A stretch of DNA of 64,000 nucleotides, taken from contig NC_045696.1 of assembly GCF_009834535.1 (NCBI RefSeq), positions 112,408,001 through 112,472,000 on the forward strand. The letters run 5' to 3'. The translations under genes and the position numbers were made by a program. Positions 49,811 to 62,089 of the stretch are shown here, one piece after another. This DNA comes from Camelus ferus (taxonomy: Eukaryota). Position 1 is the first letter of the stretch; every line of letters begins with the position of its first letter. The notes under the pieces were generated by a model. It had not been told where the DNA came from. It saw only the letters and a list, made by a program, of their open reading frames with translations, and did no database searches.

Positions 49811-50400
49811 CACCTATCAATATTTCTTGACTCCTGAGACATATATCACGTGTGAGATGACAAACGGCCTTTGTTGGGGACAATTTAGAGTGGTGGGGAC
49901 CGTGGCAATAGGAAAGCCCCTGTCTGAAAGGGGTAGTGGCCTTTGAGCTCCACCCACAGATGTCACAGGGAAGTGTCAGACCAGAGATTCTAGGTTTTTG
50001 GGATTTCCAAATTTAGATCCTTACACAAAATATTTAATTTAAAAAGCTGTTAAATCACTCTATAACACAAAAACAACACTTGTAGTCTTCTTTTTTTGTG
50101 TTTATTACTGATTTTTGGCTGGGTAAGAGAGAGGAGGAGGAGGAAAGGGGAAGCAACGTTGAGGCTGGCATAGATGATGGCCCATGTCTGTGTTGTTGGA
50201 GTTGACCTGGAGTACCTGTGTTCTGCCATAAAAAAAAACTGTTTTGGTGATGATTTGCTCTTTGCACATCTACTTTTGTGACACTGAACAAAAATATGTA
50301 TCCATCTTCCTCTGCCTAGGAAGCCACAACCCAAATGCTTTCTCGTCTCCCCACACCCAACACAAGCATTTATTTTACACCTACTATGTGAGACACTGCA

Positions 50401-51020
50401 TTTTTTAAATGAAGTATAGTCGATTTACAATGTTGTGTTAATTTCTAGCATACAGAATGTGATTCATTTATACATGTATATATTCCTCTTCATATTCTTC
50501 ATTGTAGGCCATTATAAGGTATTAATATAGTTCCCTGTGCTGTACAGTAGGACCTTGTTATTTATCTGTCCTACATATAGTAATTAGTATCTATAAATCC
50601 TGAATTCCCAGTTTATCCCTGCCTACTCCTCTCCCCTTCCCGCTTGGTAACCATAAGTTTGTTTTCTATGTCTGCGAGTCTGTCTCTGTTTTGTAAATAG
50701 GTTAATTGGGTTACTCCTGGGCATATATCTGGAGGAAGCTCTAATTCGAAAAGATCCATGCTCCCCAATGTTCACAGCAGCACTATTTACAATAGCCAAG
50801 ACATGGAAACTACCTAAATGTCCATCGACAGATGACTGGATAAAGAATTTATGGTATATGTATACAATGGAATATCACTCAGCCATGAAAAAGAATAAAA
50901 TAATGCCATTTGGAGCAACATGGATGGACCTGGAGATCATCATTCCAAGTGAGGTAAGCCAGAAAGAGAAATTAAAATACCATATGGTATCGCTTGTTTG
51001 TGGAATCTAAAGAAAAAAAA
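50401..51020 (-). mobile_element. L1 insertion with 5' inversion: 3'UTR on minus (50401-~50707), ORF2 end on plus (~50709-51020)
   Basis: Two L1 segments adjacent in the consensus lie in opposite orientation; degenerate TSD at 50394 and 51021. Confidence 0.92.
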
Positions 51021-51390
51021 CATTGCCTTTTTAAGTGAAGTTGTAGAATATCCTACAAACCACAGCACTCTAGCCCTCGTGACATACACCGAAGAGACTG
51101 GAGTCCAATCCAAGCATCCATTTCTGGCCCCCAAAGTAAGCAAGTGAGCAGAGGCTCAAAAATATCCTTAGGGCAACACACGTTCTGCTGAGGTGACTGC
51201 ATCGCACAGCCTCAGTACAACCTGAAGAGGTTAACAATCCATAATCTGGAGACATAGATTTACCAGTATCTAAATTGTCTACTCTTCAATTTGAGATGAG
51301 ATGAGGTCTGGGAGAGACCACCATGTACTTTTATTGAACATGAAGCTTTTCAGTAATGTGATGGAGAAAGCTTAAGCTAACGAACAGTGA

Positions 51391-51882
51391 TTGTAGCATT
51401 TTGTATTAAGCCACCTTGGCTGAGCTGAAATTCACTTCCCAGAGTCCCCTTCTCCTAATGGGATTGAGTTCTAGTTGGGTCAAGAGGAACTTGCCTGAGA
51501 CCTGGAAGCAGGGACCATTTCTTTCTCAAGTCCTCATGTTTAGATGCAGTTCTGACATCCTTTCTCCTGTCCATGTCCAGCTCCTCTTGACCACTGACCT
51601 GGTGGTCCAACAATGTCCAGTGCATCCAGAAGTGGCAGCTACCTTGACGCTGCCTCCCTTAGCATCCTCCCCCCACCTCCACCGTTCCCTTTTCAGTCCC
51701 TTTTTGGGGGCTGGTGGTGCCTGTGTCTCAGATTTACTGGTTGGTGACTTCTCTGATTCTCCGCTTCAGACTTTTACTTCCCAGCTCCTCCCAAAGTTGA
51801 GTAAGATCTAATTCCTATGATAAATTTCTCATCCCAAGACTCATAGTGGGCTCTGCCTCTCTGATTGAACCTTGATTGATAC
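51391..51882 (+). mobile_element. Old ERVL-type solo LTR (LTR33/LTR41-like)
   Basis: Ends ctcatagtgggctctgcctctctgattgaaccttgattgataca; internal aaattcacttcccagagtcccctt. Confidence 0.65.
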
Positions 51883-52249
51883 AGACATCTTTTACAACAG
51901 ATGAACGATTGCTATTTTGTCTCCACTGCTTGTAGGTTCCTGGGGGGTCCAGGACTCCCTTACTCCTTTCTTAAAACTCCAGACCCTCATCATAATACCC
52001 ACTCAATAAATACTGGCAAAACAAAAGAAACAGAAACACTAATATGATCTATACCATCAAATTGTCTCTCAATTTTAAAAACAAAAGCACAAATTGTATT
52101 AGTAGCAAAAATCTAAGTGAATGCCTGGCACCCAGAAGACATTTAGCCATTATCTGAGTATGAATAGAATGACTTAAGCTGATGTGTGATGAGTGACTTT
52201 TCGATTCAGCTTCATAGGTTTCACTGAGTGCCTATGGGTTGCCGAATAC

Positions 52250-52590
52250 TGTATTCACTGCATGAGGTAATGTGCTTTCCTATGACTGACAACTGAGTTG
52301 TTTTCTTTTGTATGATTGTAAACAATGCAACATAACCTTGCCCTTTTCTCTCTGTGGACTTTTGTGAGAGGATTTGCAGGGTACAGTCTCAGAAGCCAAT
52401 GTGCTAGAACAAAGGGTGAGTTTGGTCGTAATTCCCGCCCCTGGCACCCCACCTGCCACCCCCATGAATCGTCTGTGCTCCGCCACCTTAGATTTCCACA
52501 AACAGTGAATACGGCTCCTATTTCCCATACATCCTGACCAATGAGATAAATGATCAAACTTTGCCACCTCTGCCAATCTTGACAGGGGAG
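52250..52590 (-). mobile_element. Ancient L1ME fragment
   Basis: tttcccatacatcctgaccaatgagataaatgatcaaactttgcc; cagtctcagaagccaatgtgctagaacaaagggt. Confidence 0.55.
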
Positions 52591-53848
52591 TAGTGGCATC
52601 TCCATGTCCTTAACCTCTGCTTCCCTTCGGATCCACATGATCAGTCAACAGACCAGTCTCACCCTGGGATGGGATTAACTTTACAAAAGCCTAGCATTTC
52701 TGTCGCACTTCAACTAATGACTGGAACTGGCTTTGAGGGGGAAAAAAAGTGTTCCAGCTAATTATTATAGACCGCAGGGACATTAGCTTTTACTGTCTTT
52801 GTTTTACCATTCCTGCATCAGGTAAGTGGAAGGTGTGGACAGGCAGGCTCCATCGTGCAGACTTTGAGTTAATGAGGATAAATCAGATCGCTCACTGATT
52901 GCGGATGTCTCTTATGATGCAGTTTCAATGGTCACTATTGTTGCTAACATTGGATACTGTTAGCAGCAAAAACAATTAGTGAATTTGTGAATAATGGCCC
53001 GATTAAGAGTTTCCTCCCAAAATGGGGAAAGAAAACAGTTTTAGCTTAACTGATACTCTGCCTCGATTACAGGGTTAGATGGGTGTGGATGTTTAGTGGG
53101 GGAAAATCCTCCTAATGGCTTTAAAAATCTCCCAGGAATAATAAATTATGAACCGTAACAATAGAATATTAAGAAAAGTCAAGTGCATTAATTTTCCTCT
53201 TGTACTTTTCCTGACAGGGGTTCTGTTCAGGCTGGCCTTTAGGTGTCTTGGTTTACTTTTAGGTTTTTTGTTTTTTTGTTTTTTTAATGCTGACAGTAAT
53301 TCCCTAAAAGTGGAATAAGAGCTTGAGGAAAAGTATATAAAAAAATTGGAATTATTTACAACTGGTCCTTTTAGTTGTTCTTACTTCAGGCAGGGGTGAG
53401 ATAAACAGTTGGCTATTCTCAGGTGTGGCTACTCGACACAAGTCTGTCCAGGCCTCGACCCCAAGTTCTTGCTAGAAAGTAAGGGTGGGTAGGAGAGGGT
53501 CTGTTAGCTGAGGGAAAGCTAGAGGTCAGCAGAGCAGAGGACACCAATGAACCTATCAGTTTCCACTGCATTCTGCAGCCCTATCTTTTGCCTACCCCCC
53601 CCCCCGGCCCCGCCACCCGCAATTCCCTACTCCAGCAAAGTGTCTGTATTATGGAGTGGTGGGGGAGGGGGCGAGGGAGGCTCAGCTTATCTTTTCATGA
53701 AAAGAACCAGCTCTCTTCCCATGGGAACCTGTAGGGAAAGCTTACTGGCTAGGAAGAGGCCAAGGAAACCAGCTCAGGGCCTGTGCCACGTGCATCTGTT
53801 TCCTGACAGTTTCAGTTCCGGGACAGACCTGTGTGTGTCTCATGTATC

Positions 53849-54078
53849 CAGGGGTTCTCCATGGGTGGTGGGGGAGGGGAAAGCAATTCTAGCCCCCAGG
53901 GGGCATTAGGCAACATCTGGGCACATTTTGGTTGTCCCAACTTGGCCGGAAGGGGTCCGACTGGCACCTAGTGAGCAGAGGTCAGGGTTGCTATTAAACA
54001 TCCTACAACATGATGGACAGCCCTTCACAACGGAGATGATCACGTCTAATGTCAGGAGTGCTGAATCTAGAAACCGTG
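53849..54078 (+). mobile_element. MER20 hAT-Charlie element
   Basis: caggggttctc...gcccccagggggcattaggcaacatctgggcacattttggttgtc...ctggcacctagtgagcagaggtcaggg...aaacatcctacaa. Confidence 0.88.
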
Positions 54079-56409
54079 CCGCAGCCCATCAGAACAAAGG
54101 TTTCATATTCCTATAATGGAAGGAGACTGGGGGAAACCACCAGAATAAAAAAAATCTCAGGATGAGAAGAAAATCATACTGATTTTCTGCTGCACGTCCC
54201 TGTTGAAGGGGGAGTGGGGGTACTTTTGTTTGTTTGTTTGTTTGTTTGACGTTAACCAACATACGAGTATCTGACATGCACTGAGGATGAACCAGAAAAA
54301 ATACCACACGGCCCCTGCGCTTACATTTAGGGTTATAGGGATCAGACAGACACGTTTGATAAATTCAAGAGCACTCTGGAACATGACACAAGTGAAAACC
54401 AGCTCTTCAGTTGGGACTGACTTCTTCACAGCTTTTCCAGGAAGCTGTCAGACTTCCTCAAAGTTATGTGACTAAACACCAATGTTCCCTGAGAGGCTCC
54501 AACTGCAGAAAGCTGAACTTTCTAGGCCCCAACTTATTTTTTTTAATGGTGCTCAGCTGGAAGCATAAGATAATATAATACAAATAATAAACGCTTGCTA
54601 AATTAAACCACAAAACTTTCCTCCCTCAAAAATTTATCAAACATCTTTGACATTACTGTGGTTCAAAGGCCCTAGATATCAAGTTTTTTAACCCAAATCA
54701 AATCTTTGGAAGATTATGGAATTAAATATTGATGTACCCAATACTCCTTTTTTTGATGATAAATTTCAGAATCACATTCCCAACCCAGCTTACTGGTCAC
54801 GGAAAAAGGCAGAAGAAATTATTCTCAGGTGATGATTTAGAAAATAACACAAAGTAATCTTCGGCTAGCACTGCTGGCTTTAACACGTGTAGGGGCTGAA
54901 TATGAAGTGCACGTTGAACAATGCAATATTTTTCCTCTCCCTGATCTTTCCCAATCTCGCACAGGCTCGGGCAGAAGATAATAATTATTTTCCAGTAACA
55001 TAATAATAGAAAAGGTATTGACCAGCAATGCAATCTACTTGATCACCCCCTGTGACTCCATTCTTAGCACTGAAAGCTCAGTTGGATGGCATGAGATATC
55101 TGTCTCTCAGGGGAATAAAGGGCTTTCAAGCTGCACTATAACTGAAGGACGTGATTTGTCTTGCCTGACACGACATTCTACGCGTCCCCGCATTCAGAGG
55201 CCCTGCCTTATACATTACCAAGCAGGTATTCTCGCTCTGGTGTGGTTTCTCGGACCTAGTGTTCCCTGGCAGCTAAATGTAACTAAAGGATTTCTGCCTT
55301 CTAGTCTGGCCCGTGTTAATTTCCTTTTCCCATTTGGATGAAATAGTACCAGGACCCTTATGGCCCATTCCTGAGATGAAGAACAGCACTGCATTGCCAC
55401 CCGGGACTTACCCTGGTTTATGGACCCGGATCTCTCAAAGGATTATCTTTAAAACACAAGGTGTGCTGGAATGCGTGGGAAATGGGGCTTCAGGATGTCA
55501 CTGGAGTGGCTGAGAAATGGGTCAGCATCACAGAGAGAAAAGGAAACTCCCCACTGGCCACACATTTTAAATCTAAGACGGCTCATCAGTGAAGGCCAAG
55601 GAAAAGGCTCCCGTGGGCCGTTTACCCATAAATGCAACTTGGAAATACCTTCCTCTTGGAATTTATTCCCAGGTCACCAGTTTTGAAGCAGTTATGCAAA
55701 TCAGAGTTGGGCCAAACTCTAGACCAATTCATTTCATTTATTTCTTACCCTTGCAGTTTATCTTTTTCGCCAGAGGCTCCTGTTTTCTAAGAAGAGGAAA
55801 TGGACACTCATTTGACTCTTGGGTTCCTTGGGATTGACCTATGGTTTTATGAGGGTCAGGAGGATATTAGTGGGAAAAGTCTAGGCGGGGAGCAGACTCA
55901 GCTTTCAGACTGTGAGCAGGTCTTCGCCAAGACACCTTGCTCTTCTGTAAAATGCTCCCTGTCTAAGAATAGGATCTGTCAGCATCCAAACCAGCTCCGT
56001 CTGATTTAAAAGGTCCTAAAGTGAAGCTGAAGGTAGACCACTCTGTGCGGCAGCCAGGATCTTGCTAGGAGACCTGTTGAAGGATGAGGCTTTCTGTGCT
56101 TTTTCTTTATGGAGTGAGATGACCCCATTCCAGGGATGGTGGTGAGAACAGGTCTGGGCCCCTGTGCTGGCGACAGGCAGGGCTAGAGCTGGGAGAGCTA
56201 CAGCATGGGGGCAGGTGGGGTGGGGAGGGGTCAGTGCTCCCACAGGAATGATTCTCCTTGGAAGCCAGTTTGCCACTCTCCCCACCACCTGTTGTTCTGA
56301 CACACCTGACCACAGAATGGCTCTTTCTCACTGCCTCTCCTTCCTCTTCTAAACCCACTGTCTCCAAAACTGATGCTTTCCCAGGCTAATGCTTTCCTCT
56401 CCCCAGTCT

Positions 56410-56594
56410 CAGTGGAGCTACCCAAGTCCATTATTTTCAATTACACTTTGACATTAATGCTCCCTCTTGCTGAACCCCATGTCCCAAATTCTTAATGAAA
56501 CAGGTCTGAGTGAGGTCTGGGAATCTGTGTTGCTAGCAAGTTCCCAAGTGAGGCTGATACTACTCGTTCAGGGACCTCCCTTTCACAGCCACTG
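56410..56594 (+). mobile_element. MER5-like hAT element
   Basis: aggtctgagtgaggtctgggaatctgtgttgctagcaagttcccaagtgaggctgat...cagccactg. Confidence 0.7.
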
Positions 56595-56699
56595 GCCTAA
56601 AGGGATGAACGGCGTGATGAACAAAGGGAGGAAAGCCTGACTCCTTGGGAGTTTTCTGCAGTAGAGCATCCTGTCAGTGAGCCTGCGTCAGAGTCAGTT

Positions 56700-56849
56700 T
56701 GAAGGCGTTTTATAACAGCAAGGTGGGGCCCCCTTCTCGGAGATTCTCACTCACTGGGTCTAAGGGAAGGCCTGGCAATTTGCATTTCAAACCAGCTCCC
56801 AGGGGATGCTGATGCTGCCGGTCCAGGGACCTCACTTTGAGAAGCACTG
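56700..56849 (-). mobile_element. MER5A
   Basis: Reverse of cagtgcttctcaaagtgaggtccctggaccggcagcatcagcatcccctgggagc..gaaatgcaaatt. Confidence 0.88.
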
Positions 56850-56975
56850 GAGCAAGGATCACATCACAAAGTGAAGTGAGTGGGGTGATGAACATCTTGT
56901 ACGATGATTATTTTCATTTCTATTTCATGTTCATTTCAACATGTAGTTATTTACAAGACAGATTTGAAACGGTTA

Positions 56976-57603
56976 TGTGAGAGCAGGCAGATAGTTAGAT
57001 ATGAGCAGAGAAAGGGGATGCGGGTCAAATGGCAGGAACTGGGCAAAAAGGAGGGATACTGGCCAAATGTGGGAAACCCTACATCATGTAAACAGCAGGG
57101 GTCCCTGGGCAGAGAAGGATAAGCAGGAACCTCTGGGCTGATAAGTGATCACACATTTTGGGGTGACAAATGGCCTGGAGGCCAACACAGAAAGGTGAGA
57201 AAAGGCAGGAATCTCCAATGTCCAAATGTAACCTTTTGCTCATTATGCCCTCATTTCGATAAAATTAGTCTTGCAGATTAGAAGTCCCCATCATGCACCG
57301 ATGCCATGACCCTCCAAATAAAGACAAAACTGGACAAAAATTTCTCCTCCCCTCGGGAAGGTGAAGTTGGGATGAAAAGCAGGAAATATGACTCCAAAAT
57401 CTTCCCTCCATAATGAATATCCCACCCATTCATTTTTGCACTCTCTGTAACCAACTTACAGAGTTGCTCACCTGAGCCTGCCTGCTCTCCCCGTGAGAGT
57501 GTTCTATCCATCCCTTAATAAATCCCCACTTTACTTTCTTAACCTCTGCGTCCTGTCTCTGAATTCTTTCTGTGATGGGAAAAGAACCTAGTCACCCGCA
57601 ACA
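56976..57603 (+). mobile_element. Complete ERV solo LTR (ERV1-like), 628 bp
   Basis: TGT...ACA termini; TSD gtta on both sides; AATAAA at 57517-57522; U5-like ctctgaattctttctgtgatggga..aagaacc. Confidence 0.9.
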
Positions 57604-58591
57604 GTTATGAAGGCATATTTGCAGAAGAGTTTGAAAAGCCCACGAGCCAATGAAGATCTCAGTTTTTTCCAGAGAGGGTCTTAAGTGCACAGTCATTTTT
57701 CTTTAGAATAACCTTTCAAAAGCACAACAGCAAGGCACCCTGCTGGGATGCAGTCAAAACATAAAACATACACTGAGCTTAACTACTGGACGGAAAGTAA
57801 AGTCCCTCTGAGGGTGCCTGCGTCTCTGACATTGTTCACGTACCTGCTCTTCTAAGCCGATGCGCTTTTAGATGGGTTACCTGTGATGCCTCTGAGGGTC
57901 GTAAGGATAGAAAAGAAGTGCTTGAGAAACCTCTCCCTGATAAATTATTATGCTGATAGAATACTCAAAATATAAATTTAATATAAATGCAAACTTAATG
58001 TAAATATAATAATAAACATGAAAAGTAATCATATAAATTATGATGCTAATTATTAGAGACAATAGAGTTGTGTTCTTCCTTTCCATTAAATGTATCTTCT
58101 GGGGAGGTGATTGTATCCCATGTAAGGGACAGACACAAACCTGACTTTTGGATTTTGTTTTTAATTGGCTTGTAGAGATGGAGAAATAAAAAGGACTTGG
58201 CGATTATAGAGCAAGGGATAGGATCCCATGATTTTAGAGTTGAGAGGCTCCTGAGAAGTCATCAGGGGTGGTGGGGATATATTTTAGAGATGTTGTTCTT
58301 GGCCCACATCAACAGGCTTGTTAGGGTGGGACGAGGACAGGAATTCAGGCCACTGGACCCTCAGGCTGGCTCTTCCATCATCCCTACCCAATTCATTGCC
58401 CCATCTAACCTCGCTCTTTCCTCAAACCCCTTCCAAGCTCTCCCATTCATTCATTTTGGATTTTTCCTGCTTATTTTCACCCATATCCTGTCCATCATCA
58501 TGTCCAATAGATCCTCCCTTTATGATTTCAGCAGAGGCTGCCCTACTTTCTCGTTCCTAATGCTAGAATTTTACTGAAGAGCGACATGACC

Positions 58592-58994
58592 CAGCAGTGT
58601 GCTGCAGCTGGTTTGTATTGGCTCTGGAAGACCCATTGTTCAATTTTCAGGAATTTGGCTAGCTAATTGTTAAACAAACACAGCCATTAGTGAAAATTAA
58701 ATTATGAAAACTTATCAAAAATCATATTAACAACAAAGATAATAAAAGACTAAAACCTCATCTCTTCCTGATTATTTTATTACATGTACATTCTCTATGG
58801 TCTGGAGGTTTCAACTGCCACAGAATGGTGCACTTTTGTACAAACCGGCCCAAGTCTGTGTTCGGTGATGTCATGTCGATAACTTGAAATTAGCCATGGT
58901 GGGAATATTCACACCAAAGAAATGGGCAAATGCTGCAAGTGAGGATTTTTCTCTTGAGAGAGATGTTTGTTAAAAACTTTTGAGCACGCCACTG
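58592..58994 (+). mobile_element. MER63-like hAT-Blackjack element
   Basis: TIR-like ends cagcagtgtgctg / gagcacgccactg; internal ttagccatggtgggaatattcacacca. Confidence 0.85.
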
Positions 58995-59371
58995 GTTATG
59001 GGCTGAGCTGTGCTCCCTCCACCCCCTAAATGGAAGCCCTAATTCCCCAGACCTCAGAATACGGTCCTTGAAAGAGGTGATTCAGATGTTTCACAAAGTC
59101 ATATTTGCGGGCCCTAATCCAATCTGACTGGTGCCCTTATAAGAAGAAATCCGGATACATGAAGGGACACCAGGGGCATGCATACACAGAGAAAAGGCCA
59201 TGTGAGGACACAGCCAGAAGACAGCGGTCTGCAAGCCAAGGTAAGAGGCCTCCAGAGACACCAAACCTGCCTTGATCTTGGACTTGTAGCCTCTCAAACT
59301 GTGAAAGCATTTCTCTTGTTGAAGCCACATGGTCGGGCACTTTGCTGTGGTAGCTGGAGTAACCAAATACA
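58995..59371 (+). mobile_element. MaLR solo LTR (MLT1A-like)
   Basis: gggccctaatccaatctgactggtgcccttataagaag...ggccatgtgaggacacag...ctgcaagccaagg...accaaataca. Confidence 0.9.
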
Positions 59372-59653
59372 CCACTGTATTGGACCTGTTCACACATAGG
59401 GCCTTAACTTGAAATCTTTGATTTCCAGGTTTCATAACCCCCTTCCCCCCATATCTTACAACTTCATGCAAAAGTTCGGGTATCTAAGAAGGTCCACAGA
59501 TTTTTAACAAATTTATCAGGGAAGGGGGAGAGGGGATGATTACCATAACAACTTAAAGTGAGTTACTTTGTGCTATTCTTCTGTTTCATGTAACTTCCAC
59601 ATCGGTTCTGACAGCACACACTATCATTCTCAATATTTTGAAATTGCAAAATG

Positions 59654-59734
59654 CTGGGTTGAACTGTAGGAAATTGCTGACGTTTGACCATTTCTTGAGC
59701 TATAAAAGTAGCCACGTCCTACAGTTCAATTTCA
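59654..59734. mobile_element. MADE2-like Tc1/mariner MITE
   Basis: About 80-bp palindromic element: ggttgaac...aaattgctga..tttgaccattt...taaaa...gttcaa. Confidence 0.75.
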
Positions 59735-61149
59735 TAGAATTTGACTGTGTAGCTTGGTAACCTTCTTCAGATTTCTTATTCTTAAACTGGGATTCATGTG
59801 ATCTACAGACAAATATTGTTTGTTCCACCAAGTGTTTCTGTGCATTTTAACTAACTCCCAACATTTAAAAACTGAGCAAGTGCCTGGAGAACTCTGAGAT
59901 TCTGGGCTCCGTGTCACGTCGATGGTCAGCCAACACTGTCCCCATGTCCTTTCTGGAAACTAGCCCTTAAATTGGAGTAAAGTCTCCAGATTGTTCCCGA
60001 CACCTGCACAAGTACCATGCTCATTTTAACTTCTGCCTAGTCTTAAGCATATCTGTGTGGGTAACTCTGAAACATACAGTTTCTACTCTTTCTCCTTCCT
60101 TGGCTGGCTCACATCTCACCAACCAGTTAAAAATACACAAAGTGAGACAACAGATCCTCTAGGGTCAAGAGTGAAAGCCCGAAAGGTAGGCGCCCCAGGG
60201 CTTATCCAGCACAACCCTATGGGGTTAAGTTTGACATGATACAAACATGACTCCACTTTTGCGCACAACTCAAAAGGAGAAAGGCTCTGAGACCAAAAAA
60301 CAATTGGTACCAAAGTTATTAATGAAACAATTTGCTGACAACTCCTATGAGTATTTGCTATCATCTAAATACAATTAAATGGCACTTAAAGTTCATCTCG
60401 GAAGTGACATATAAATGAAAATGTCAAAATTAGTACATTTCAGTAGGACAACCTCAAAGGAGGAATATCAAGTCTTTATTCATATGAATGCTTAGAACTT
60501 TTATGGGCAGATATGGTTTTCTCTAATCAATTTTTATTTTCTTTAATTTCAAGAATTCATTTCATTTCTTATCTTGCTGCAGCTGAAATCACTGTCTAAT
60601 GGCTTTTTAGCCTGTTAGTGAGGTTATTTCTAATATTTAAGGCCTCTTTTAGGCGGCTTTATTGATAAGAAAAGAGGCCTAAGAGAATTTTCTTTTCTGC
60701 AAAGAAGATAAATAAAAATTGATTTCAAAGCACAATTTGCCACTTAATTAATGTTTATGATAGTCTCTATAATTACTCTCAAATGTTATTATTTTTAATC
60801 ATGTCAGTTTATATGGATTAAAAAGTATAATACAATGTGTCCCCATAGTCTCAGAGTTAGGACAATTCACATTCATATTTCCAAAGTATTCTCTGAGAGT
60901 GTTTTTTGACTAATAGTCAACAAATATTATCAACCAAATCATTGAATTTTGGTTGTATCCACTAAATCACATGACTATTTCAAATACTTAAAAAAAAAGA
61001 AAGAAAGAAATATCTAGGTTTTCTCGGAGTTGCAAAGAAAAATCTACAAAAATCTTACATATTTCTATATGTTTTAATCACCCTAATTTTCTAATTTGAG
61101 AGTAAGGGATTAGGCTGCTGCACAAGGCTCATTGGAGAGCATGTTATTA

Positions 61150-61285
61150 TGGCTGATTAATAATGAAAGACTTAGACATTAGAGCTTGAGAGTCCATAAG
61201 GATTATCTGAGGCCAGTTCTTTCATTTCACAGACACAGAAACCAGTGTCTGAGGCAGTGAATTGTTCACAAGAGTTCATGGCACA
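61150..61285 (-). mobile_element. MIR fragment
   Basis: ttagagcttga...catttcacagacacagaaacc...gtgaattgttcacaag. Confidence 0.55.
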
Positions 61286-61315
61286 CTTCAGTCCATGATA
61301 ACACCAAACACATGT

Positions 61316-61338
61316 ACACACACACACACACACACACA
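61316..61338. repeat. (CA)n microsatellite
   Basis: About 11 CA units. Confidence 0.95.
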
Positions 61339-62089
61339 GTCACACTCCGATACCCTCCGTCCTCCCCATCCACATCTAGAGAGATTTCTGCACATTACTT
61401 TTTAATTTAGTCTAAATTAATTTCTCTAGATCATTATGTTGTCATTTTAATGACTGTTTAGATAGCTAGTCTAATCTACTGAGGCTTCACTAGATAAACT
61501 CACATAAAGAACTTCCACTCTATTGTACATAAACATCAGTGTGCCACATTGATGTATTTCATACTCTCATGACTAATCACAGTGGCAAAAATTCATCCCA
61601 AGTCCCTAGTAATAGTGATTCTGAGCCTGCCAACCAGGCTCTAGTTTGACTGGTACACAAGGATGAACTTCCTCTGTGAAAAAGCCACGTCACCTACGTT
61701 TCCTTTATGCTGAGGGCCACCTTGGCTGCATCAGTATGTTCTGTGAGTTCTCATAAACACATACTGAGCTATGAGCCCCAGGCTGTCATTTAACCAACAG
61801 AAAGGCAAAGCCAGCAAAGACAACAGAGCCCATCATTTTAACTGCATGAGTCAATTAGTCAATCTACTTAAGTGCTTGTAAATTATAAAATAGGTTTCTT
61901 GATTAACCAGACCAATGCTAGGAGCGTGGCCAGAATTTTTTTCACATTACCGTGGAATGTAATCTAGTCCCCATGGTTTCGAGGAATAGGTTTCACATCC
62001 CAAAAGATCTGGAGGTTGTGGTGAAAATTAGGTCTCCTATGGACTTCTAGACCGAGACAAACCAGAGGAAGAAGCCTCTGCCTCAAAAC

